Part shown: positions 49,233 to 56,171 of the stretch, in pieces
Layout of the letters: every line of letters begins with the position of its first letter
Numbering within the stretch: the first letter of the stretch is position 1
DNA from: Candidatus Aminicenantes bacterium
Lineage (GTDB): Bacteria > Acidobacteriota > Aminicenantia > Aminicenantales > JAFGBC01
Length of the DNA stretch: 64,000 bases
Assembly: GCA_963702005.1 (NCBI GenBank)
Contig: OY969696.1
Coordinates: 2,688,001-2,752,000 of the forward strand
Direction of reading: 5' to 3'
Position numbers and translations under genes: made by a program
The notes under the pieces: generated by a model
Told to the model about the DNA's origin: nothing
The model's database searches: none
The model's input: the letters and a program-made list of their open reading frames with translations, nothing else

Positions 49233-49862
49233 CTATTTGACCTTGATGATGAAATTCACGGCCGCGTTTTTCGGGCGCGTTTCTTCTCCCGCGTTGACTT
49301 GCGACTTGGTGTTATATCTTATCGCGCCTAATATGTCCGCCTTCTCCCCCATGGTTAATTGCCCCGTGAATTGGTTTTCCATAACAGATACTCCTGATCC
49401 GGTATCAGCGATGTTAATCGGCGTATTATAAAAGTCATAGTAATGTTGATGGGGATTCTGGTCATGCGTATGGTTTTGCAGCGAATCCTCCTGGACGGAG
49501 CCGACGCCTGTCGCGCTGCCGCCGGGATTGGATGGCTTCCGCTTTTTCACATCGGGATCCCTGCCCGTTCCTGCGTCATCACCCCGAAGGAACCTCCCCC
49601 TAAAATCGGGCAGATTGAATTTATCTCCCGCGCTTCCCCAAGACGTCCCGATGGCCGTAAAGAGCTCTTTATAGACCGCTTTGCTCAGCGACTTGCCGTT
49701 GCACAGCATCCAGTTTGCCGGAACGGAGCTTGATACGCCGCCCCAGGCGATGATGGTCCCCACGGGCAGCGAATCGCCGGTCGCCCTCGCCGGAGCCATG
49801 ATGCCCACGGTCCCCACAACCGACAACGTTGATAAAACGCCGGCCAATACTAAGTTCTTCAT
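49233..49862 (-). CDS. Phage tail-collar domain protein with signal peptide (paralog A)
   Basis: Same architecture and length (209 aa) as 48384-49013. Confidence 0.88.
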   Translation of the reverse strand: MKNLVLAGVLSTLSVVGTVGIMAPARATGDSLPVGTIIAWGGVSSSVPANWMLCNGKSLSKAVYKELFTAIGTSWGSAGDKFNLPDFRGRFLRGDDAGTGRDPDVKKRKPSNPGGSATGVGSVQEDSLQNHTHDQNPHQHYYDFYNTPINIADTGSGVSVMENQFTGQLTMGEKADILGAIRYNTKSQVNAGEETRPKNAAVNFIIKVK

Positions 49863-49972
49863 AGCTATCCCTCCTTATAAAAACAGGATAAGCCGGATGA
49901 GGATTCCCTTTTCAACCACGCCCGCCCGCAATCCGTAATTCAAGTCGATTCCCTATCTTGCTACTTGGGACA

Positions 49973-50001
49973 AAGATAAATCCCTTTTCTGGATATGTCA
50001 A
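49973..50001 (-). promoter_or_regulatory. Sigma70 promoter of paralog A
   Basis: Minus strand TTGACA-17 bp-TATCTT. Confidence 0.75.
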
Positions 50002-50063
50002 GGATGGTGGGATGATAGGTAGGGACGGCTGGGCGGTCGCGAAATTAAGCGAATACATGATAG

Positions 50064-50130
50064 AAACCGGAAAGAAAGCGGAAAGCCTCGTAATCCACCG
50101 TCCCGTAACCGACTATAAATCAAACCTTTA
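50064..50130 (+). promoter_or_regulatory. Arm-type repeats and IHF consensus, element 2 right end
   Basis: AAACCGGAAAG (50064) and AAAGCGGAAAG (50075); AATCAA-ACCT-TTA (50118-50130). Confidence 0.72.
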
Positions 50131-50146
50131 GAGAGGGTAAGGCGCG

Positions 50147-50194
50147 GACTACGAATCAGAAGGTCGCAAGTTCGAATCTTGCCGGGCGCGTTTC
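50147..50194 (+). repeat. att core copy 3 (chromosomal side)
   Basis: 48-bp GACTACGAATCAG...GCGCGTTTC identical to the tRNA 3' half. Confidence 0.93.
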
Positions 50195-50206
50195 CTGATT
50201 CAGCCG

Positions 50207-50356
50207 TCAGTTGGAATCGGGGTAGCAGAACCAGCGGGCGTCTTCCTGGCGGACGTCGGCCCGGCGGGAATTCACCTGTTTCCGGCTGGGCAGGAAGGCA
50301 AAAAGAATCATGGCGGCGCCCAGAATCCCGAACATGGCCAAAATGAGCTTCTTCAT
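50207..50356 (-). CDS. 49-aa small membrane/secreted protein (not in the ORF track)
   Basis: MKKLILAMFGILGAAMILFAFLPSRKQVNSRRADVRQEDARWFCYPDSN; AGAAGGTG RBS; sigma54 site upstream. Confidence 0.6.
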   Translation of the reverse strand: MKKLILAMFGILGAAMILFAFLPSRKQVNSRRADVRQEDARWFCYPDSN

Positions 50357-50402
50357 ATCGCACCTTCTATATGAACTGATAATTCATTTCAAAAAATAAT
50401 TA

Positions 50403-50418
50403 TGCAATTTTTGTGCCA
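50403..50418 (-). promoter_or_regulatory. Sigma54 -24/-12 promoter
   Basis: Minus strand TGGCAC-AAAAA-TTGCA, a perfect consensus with correct spacing. Confidence 0.72.
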
Positions 50419-50565
50419 GTCTCGGGAAAAAAGCCTCTCCCATAAATTTGATATTTCTTCGCCCTATACTGACCATATTTTTGCCTTATTTTTGTCTCTC
50501 ATGTAAATAAAATTGACATAGGGGGATTCCGGCCGCCTGTTCTTTCGGGAGGACGCCTGTCCATC

Positions 50566-50728
50566 GTTTGACCCATTCGCCGACGCTACTCCGCCCTGAA
50601 AGGCGGGGACGAGAAGCGCGGCTCAGGGTTAAACCCTGACCAAGCCGTGGCATTCCTGCCGGGGAGCAGTCTTGCAGCACTCATACTAAGCCGGAAACGG
50701 CTTAGTATGAGTGTCGAGGGTTTGACAC
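50566..50728. repeat. Nested palindromic REP/MITE-like element
   Basis: Hairpins CCGCC-CTGAAA-GGCGG, TCAGGGT-TAA-ACCCTGA and a perfect 16-bp stem CACTCATACTAAGCCG-GAAA-CGGCTTAGTATGAGTG (50678-50713). Confidence 0.6.
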
Positions 50729-50756
50729 TCCCGTCCAAAGGAGTTAAAAAAGAACC

Positions 50757-53351
50757 ATGAAAAGAATCCCCGGTCTCGGTTTCGTCATCATAATCGTCCT
50801 GGCGATATTCCCCCTCGAGCTCCGCTCCCAGGAGGGGCTTATACCCCGTTTCTCATTAGATGAGTCGGACATCGCCCTCTCCCGCCTCGCCCAGCCTCAG
50901 ACCTATTTCGATAGGGCGGGCCGGCGTTTCGCCATCCTGGGCCTCGAGAGCGGGACTTTCGAGGCTTGGGCTTACCCGCTCAAGCTCGTCAGGAACGCGG
51001 AGCTTTCCTTCTTGATCGGGTCCAGCACTCAACCTATCCCGGCCCGGGACATCGTCCGTTTCATCACGGTCACTCCGGCCGCGACGACCCTGACCTACGT
51101 CTATCAATCCTTCACCGTCCGCGCGACCTACGTTGCTTCCATCGAAGAGCCGGGAGCCGTCATCCTGCTCGCGGTCGACAGCATCGAGCCGCTGACCGTG
51201 GTTTGCTCCTTCCTGCCCGTCCTCCAGCCGATGTGGCCGGCCGGGATCGGCGGCCAATATAGCTACTGGGACGACACGATAAAAGCTTACCTCATCTCCG
51301 AGCCGACCCGGCGCAACCACGGCTTCTTGGGATCGCCGGCCGGAAGGGGAATATCCTACACGCCGGCCCACATGCTGTCCGATGTCCCCAACCAGTTCAA
51401 GATCGAGATCACGGACCCCGCTTCCGTGCGCGGCCGGTTCATCCCCATCATTATCGCCGGCGGCAAGGGGGCGCGTGACGATATCCGCGGTGTTTACGAG
51501 CGTCTCGCCGCCGACCCAAAGGCCGTCTACGCCGCCGCCGCCGCCCATTATGACCGGCTCCTGGCCGAAACCCTTCATATCACGACACCTGACGTCCGGC
51601 TCAACCTGGCCTGGGAATGGTCCAAGATCGCTTACGACAACCTCATCGTCGACAATCCCGACCTCGGCCGAGGGATGGTGGCCGGGCTCGGGCTGTCGGG
51701 CACGGGCGGGCGCCCCGGCTTCGGTTGGTTCTTCGGCGCCGACGCCTACCTCAATTCGTTGAGCCTGCTCGGGTTCGGCCGGCACGAAACGGTCCGCGAC
51801 GTCCTTGCCTTTACCCAAAAGTGGCAACGGGAAGACGGCAAGATGGCCCATGAGCTCAGCCAGGCCGCCGGCTACATCAACTGGTTCAAGGATTATCCCT
51901 ACGCCTATATCCACGGCGATACATCTCCTTATTACATCGCCGCCGTTTACGCCTATTTCCGCAGGAGCGGGGACGAGGAGTTTCTGAAGGCGAGCTGGCC
52001 CTCGCTCAAGAAAGCCTTCGCCTGGTGTTTATCCACCGATGATGACGGCGACGGCCTTATGGATAATAAAAAAGCGGGGCTGGGCGCGCTGGAGTTCGGG
52101 TCCCTCACCGGAATCCAAACCGATATCTACTGCGCCGCGGTCTGGCTCCGGGCCTGCCAAGCGATTGAAGAGCTCGCCCGGGCGGCGGGGGAGCCGGCCC
52201 TATCTCGAAAGGCGGCGGATCTATTCGCCAAAGGCCGCCGCGCCCTGGAGGACAGGCTCTGGGATGAAGAGGCCGGCCAATATGCTTACGCCTTCAACGC
52301 GGCGGGTCAGAAGGTTAAGGAGCCCAGCCCCTGGAACGCCTATCCGCTGGCTTGGTCTCTTGCCGACGGCGAGCGGAGTGTCAGATCCCTGGCCCGCCTC
52401 AACGAATCCGACATGACGACCGATTGGGGCGTCCGCATCCTGTCCAGCCGCAGCAAACTCTACGAGCCTCTCAATTACAACTACGGGGCGGTCTGGCCTT
52501 TCCTGACGGGCTGGGTCGCGACCGCCCTCTTTAAACACGGCTTCCTCCCTCAGGGATATCAAGCCTTAATGAGCTCGGTCCGGCACAGCTTCGACAACGC
52601 GCTCGGCGAGGTCACCGAGCTTTTTTCGGGCGCCCTGAACACCTGGCCCCAGGAGGCCGTGGCCCACCAGGGATTTTCGACCGGCGGCGTTTCGCTGCCC
52701 CTGGCTTGGGGGCTGCTCGGGCTCGACGGCGATGCCGCGAATAGGTCGATCCTGTTCGAACCCTGCTTTCCCGCCGACTGGCCGGAGGTTCGGATCGAGA
52801 GATTCCGGGTCGGAGGCGCATCTTTCGATTTGGCTTATACGCGGCGGGAGGACGGCATCCGGCTCGAGGTTGCGTCCAAAGGGGGAGAGGCGGCCGGATT
52901 CAAGCTTCGCTTCGCCCCAGCTCTCGGCCTGGGGACAAAAATCCTGCGCGGTTCCTGCAACGGGACGCCCATTCCGGTCGAAGCGGAAACGCCGGCCTGG
53001 GCTCAATCGATGAGGCCCGGGATCGAGGTCCCGTTGACGGGATCGGACATCGTCGAGATAGCCATCGAGTCCACGGCCGAAATCCTGCCGCCGGGGAACG
53101 ACACGGCGACGGGGGATTGCGACAAGGGACTGAAGATCCTCAAGATCAGCCTGGCCGGGAGCGATCTCACGGTTGCCTGCGAGGGTCTCGCCGGACGCGA
53201 ATACGCCTTGCCCATTCTCCGACCGGAGAGGGTCGCGTCCGTTGTCGGCTCTGTATTGAGCGGTCGAAGCCTGAAGATTCTCATGCCAGCCGGCCCGGCC
53301 GGAGGATTCGTCCGGCACGAGGTCAAGCTGACGCTTAAGACGAAGCGCTGA
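50757..53351 (+). CDS. Secreted six-hairpin glycoside hydrolase (amylo-alpha-1,6-glucosidase/GDE-like)
   Basis: Signal peptide; RPGFGWFFGAD, DGKMAHE, DDDGDG, WGVRILS..YNYGAVWPFLTG. Confidence 0.8.
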   Translation: MKRIPGLGFVIIIVLAIFPLELRSQEGLIPRFSLDESDIALSRLAQPQTYFDRAGRRFAILGLESGTFEAWAYPLKLVRNAELSFLIGSSTQPIPARDIVRFITVTPAATTLTYVYQSFTVRATYVASIEEPGAVILLAVDSIEPLTVVCSFLPVLQPMWPAGIGGQYSYWDDTIKAYLISEPTRRNHGFLGSPAGRGISYTPAHMLSDVPNQFKIEITDPASVRGRFIPIIIAGGKGARDDIRGVYERLAADPKAVYAAAAAHYDRLLAETLHITTPDVRLNLAWEWSKIAYDNLIVDNPDLGRGMVAGLGLSGTGGRPGFGWFFGADAYLNSLSLLGFGRHETVRDVLAFTQKWQREDGKMAHELSQAAGYINWFKDYPYAYIHGDTSPYYIAAVYAYFRRSGDEEFLKASWPSLKKAFAWCLSTDDDGDGLMDNKKAGLGALEFGSLTGIQTDIYCAAVWLRACQAIEELARAAGEPALSRKAADLFAKGRRALEDRLWDEEAGQYAYAFNAAGQKVKEPSPWNAYPLAWSLADGERSVRSLARLNESDMTTDWGVRILSSRSKLYEPLNYNYGAVWPFLTGWVATALFKHGFLPQGYQALMSSVRHSFDNALGEVTELFSGALNTWPQEAVAHQGFSTGGVSLPLAWGLLGLDGDAANRSILFEPCFPADWPEVRIERFRVGGASFDLAYTRREDGIRLEVASKGGEAAGFKLRFAPALGLGTKILRGSCNGTPIPVEAETPAWAQSMRPGIEVPLTGSDIVEIAIESTAEILPPGNDTATGDCDKGLKILKISLAGSDLTVACEGLAGREYALPILRPERVASVVGSVLSGRSLKILMPAGPAGGFVRHEVKLTLKTKR

Positions 53352-53360
53352 CGATAGAGG

Positions 53361-53383
53361 AAAAGTCCGGACGCGGTCCGGAC
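53361..53383 (-). terminator. Probable terminator of skp
   Basis: GTCCGGAC-N3-GTCCGGAC hairpin followed by T4 on the minus strand, between convergent genes. Confidence 0.5.
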
Positions 53384-53386
53384 CCG

Positions 53387-53944
53387 CTACTTCTTGATGG
53401 GAGCCGCGGCGGCATTGGCCGCGTCATAGCGACGGACGACCTCGTCGGTGATTTCGATGGCCTGGTTGAAGTAGACGATGCCGCTGGCCGCGACATCGAG
53501 GACCAGGTCATACCCCCGCTCCTGGGCGATCTGGTTGATGATGACGATCATGTCGCCGCGGATCTTCTGGATGAGGTTGTACTGCAGCTGCTGGTAATCC
53601 TTGGTCGAATCCTCCTCGGTCCGCTTCCGTTCCGTCGTCTTGCGATCGATATCGCCCTGGAGCTGGAGCATGGCCTCGTTGCTCAAGGTCAGCCGCTGGG
53701 TGTTGAGCTTAGTCTCGAGCGTCCGGAGATCGTTGTCGAGCCGGGCCAGGTCGCTTTTAATTCTGTCCTCGCGGGCCTGGAACTGGGTTGCCGCCCTCTT
53801 TCCTTCGGACGAAGTTTCGAAGGCCTTTTGGGAGTTGATGACGGCGATCTTGATGTTGGGGGTCTGGGCCCAAGCGGCCGCGGTCAGGACGAAGCCCGCG
53901 CCGACCAGGGCGAGAACAGCTAGGGTTCTCAATCGTATTGTCAT
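53387..53944 (-). CDS. skp: OmpH/Skp periplasmic chaperone
   Basis: Signal peptide, KIAVINSQKAF, coiled coil, GYDLVLD..IEITDEVV. Confidence 0.9.
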   Translation of the reverse strand: MTIRLRTLAVLALVGAGFVLTAAAWAQTPNIKIAVINSQKAFETSSEGKRAATQFQAREDRIKSDLARLDNDLRTLETKLNTQRLTLSNEAMLQLQGDIDRKTTERKRTEEDSTKDYQQLQYNLIQKIRGDMIVIINQIAQERGYDLVLDVAASGIVYFNQAIEITDEVVRRYDAANAAAAPIKK

Positions 53945-54017
53945 GTTCGCCTCCTATGACGGGATTCTATGCTCACGTCCGTCCTTTCAAACACCGAAAG
54001 GCCGGAGAACGTTGCCC

Positions 54018-55133
54018 TTAGCCTCTAAGCTCCCGGAGCGCCGCGCCGATCCGGTCAAGTCCCTTGAGGAGGACGCCGGGCTCGTCGCCATAGCCGAAAC
54101 GCAGATGGCCGTCCATCAGGAAATGATCGCCCGGGACGATGAGGACGCTCTTTTCGCGGATGAGCTTCTGGACGAGCTCGGTCGAATTGATCTTGAGGTT
54201 ATAGTGGGCGAAGACGATTGCGCCGGCCTTGGGCGGGACGAACTCGAACAGGCCGTCCTGAGACCGGAGCCAGTCTCCGATGACCGGAAAGTTGGCCTTG
54301 AGGATGCCGCGGGTCCGAGACAGAATTCGCTCCCGCGTCTCGGGCTTGAGGACGAGCCGGGCCAAGTTGTCGCTCAGGACGGTTGGGGAGATGGTCGTGT
54401 AATCGTGGTAGGGCCAGGTCTTGGCGACCGCGTCGGCCGGCCCGACCATCCAGCCCACCCGCAGCCCGGGCAGGCCATAGGCTTTGGACAAGCCGTTGAC
54501 GACGAAAAGCCGATCGTATTTTCCCCAGAAGCTCTCGGTCCGGGGGCCATCGACTTCAGCGCCCTGATAGACCTCATCGGCCACGATCCAGGCGCCGACC
54601 TGGCCGGCGAGATTGACGATCGCGTCCATGGCATCCCGGTCCATGATCGCGCCGGTCGGGTTATTGGGGTTGGTGACGATGATGAGCTTGGTCTTTTTCG
54701 TCACGAGCTGGCGGAGCTCATCAAGGTCCGGCGCCCAGCCCCAGTCCTCCCGAAGATGGAAGGGCTTGAGCTTGGCCCCGAAGGCCCGGGTCAGTCCCCA
54801 CATCTGCATGTAGTTGGGAAGCATGAAGAGGACCTCGTCGCCGGGCTCGACCTTGCTCCACATCAGGAGAAAATTGGCCTCGGAAGAGCCGGTTGTGACC
54901 AGGACCTGGTCCGTCCCGGCGCCCGGGTAGAGCGAGGCAACGGCGGCCCGGAGCTCCGGCGTCCCGTTGGTCTGGCTGTATCCCAAGCCGAGCTTGAGGA
55001 GCCGGTCCAGCTCTTCGCGAGCAACGAATTCGCCGAGCGACAGGGGATGGACGCCGCTCTCGGAGAGGTTGTACTCGACAACGTTCTCCCAGGTCGACTG
55101 CATCCGTTCCATTTCAAATGTCTCTATTTTCAT
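54018..55133 (-). CDS. Class I/II PLP aminotransferase
   Basis: NLSES, NPNNPTG, DEVY, GLSKAYGLPGLRVGW. Confidence 0.92.
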   Translation of the reverse strand: MKIETFEMERMQSTWENVVEYNLSESGVHPLSLGEFVAREELDRLLKLGLGYSQTNGTPELRAAVASLYPGAGTDQVLVTTGSSEANFLLMWSKVEPGDEVLFMLPNYMQMWGLTRAFGAKLKPFHLREDWGWAPDLDELRQLVTKKTKLIIVTNPNNPTGAIMDRDAMDAIVNLAGQVGAWIVADEVYQGAEVDGPRTESFWGKYDRLFVVNGLSKAYGLPGLRVGWMVGPADAVAKTWPYHDYTTISPTVLSDNLARLVLKPETRERILSRTRGILKANFPVIGDWLRSQDGLFEFVPPKAGAIVFAHYNLKINSTELVQKLIREKSVLIVPGDHFLMDGHLRFGYGDEPGVLLKGLDRIGAALRELRG

Positions 55134-55957
55134 ATCGTCACCTTAAAAACTCCTTTGAAGGCGAACCCCAGGACGACGGACAGGATGAAATAGGCGACCA
55201 GCCAATGGACGCCGATGCCGAACAAGTTCAGCCGGCGTTCGGGATAGCGGACCTCGAAGGTCTTCAGCGGAGCGTCCGAGGGAAGCGATCTCTCGCCGGG
55301 ATGCGAGATTTCGCGCCAGGCGTTGGTCCGAACCCTGGCCGTCGAGACTCGGGCCAGCCGGCCGTCGTCCACGACGACTTTTTTGGCGGCGCTTTGGTCC
55401 GCCCAGCGAAGCGTGACGTCGTGGACGCCGGGGGACTCGGCCCGGATCCTCCAGTCGACTTCCCGGTCCTCCTCGATCCTAAGCGGGGGCGTCTCGACAA
55501 CCAGGCCGGCCGGCGCTTCGAGCCTCATATCCGTCTCGACCGGACTGTAGCCTTCAGCCAGCCGAACTATGACCAGCGCGCGCTCGCCGACCTGAAGCGG
55601 CCGGCTCCCGAACCAGTCGTTGAGCTGGATGAGGATGATGAGGACGGGAACGATCATGACCAAGAGCGGCTTGAAGGCATAGCCGATGTACTTCAGGTTG
55701 GCCGCCAGGATGCTTCCCTGCGCCCTCAATGAGACCGCCAGGTCGTTCTTGAAAAGGCGCAGCTCGAGGAGATGGGCTTTGATCAGGTTCTTGACCCGGC
55801 GGATTCCGTCCTGATTTGAGGTGAGGCGATAGATGGCGAGCATCAGGAAGCCGGTCAGCAGGGAGACGACGGCCATCGCTATCCAGGGGCTCATGGCCCG
55901 GAACGGCCCGAGCAGAAGGTCGAACAGCCCGGATACGACGGCGTTGAAAACGTTCAT
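55130..55957 (-). CDS. Three-TM membrane protein, DUF106/EMC3/TMCO1-like
   Basis: Amphipathic N-helix, TM1, basic coiled region, KPLLVMIVP TM2, inserted soluble domain, terminal HWLVAYFILS..FK TM3. Confidence 0.55.
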   Translation of the reverse strand: MNVFNAVVSGLFDLLLGPFRAMSPWIAMAVVSLLTGFLMLAIYRLTSNQDGIRRVKNLIKAHLLELRLFKNDLAVSLRAQGSILAANLKYIGYAFKPLLVMIVPVLIILIQLNDWFGSRPLQVGERALVIVRLAEGYSPVETDMRLEAPAGLVVETPPLRIEEDREVDWRIRAESPGVHDVTLRWADQSAAKKVVVDDGRLARVSTARVRTNAWREISHPGERSLPSDAPLKTFEVRYPERRLNLFGIGVHWLVAYFILSVVLGFAFKGVFKVTI

Positions 55958-55970
55958 GGAGTCCTGGGAC

Positions 55971-56162
55971 TCAGGAAATGTAGCCGAGCCCCTTGAGCTT
56001 CTTCTTGATCTCCTCTTCGGAGTCCGACTCCTCGAGCTTGGCGATTTCCTTCTCGAGGCAGTGGCTGATGAACTCTTCGACCGAGGTGTAGCCCGAGAGC
56101 TCGGCGTACTTTTTGACTTTGTCGATGAGGTCCTTGTCCAGCTTGACCTTGCCTTTGCCCAC
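55971..56162 (-). CDS. Small ribbon-helix-helix-like protein with C-terminal LKGLGYI motif
   Basis: KVKLDKDLIDKVKKYA..GYTSVEEFI RHH pattern; GGAGG RBS. Confidence 0.72.
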   Translation of the reverse strand: MGKGKVKLDKDLIDKVKKYAELSGYTSVEEFISHCLEKEIAKLEESDSEEEIKKKLKGLGYIS

Positions 56163-56171
56163 GATATCCTC

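Larger units (their letters stand above)
48161..50194. mobile_element. Element 2: about 2 kb integrase-less att-bounded cassette with two tail-collar genes
   Basis: Bounded by att copies 2 and 3; tandem AAAGCGGAAAG repeats and an IHF consensus inside both ends. Confidence 0.82.

Noticed and set aside
48384-49862. Diversity-generating retroelement acting on the tail-collar paralogs
   Set aside because: Differences in the variable segment involve all four bases rather than adenines only, and no reverse transcriptase or template repeat is in the window.
48384-49862. Invertible tail-fibre shufflon
   Set aside because: Both genes are complete, in the same orientation and separately promoted; no invertase or inverted crossover sites were seen.
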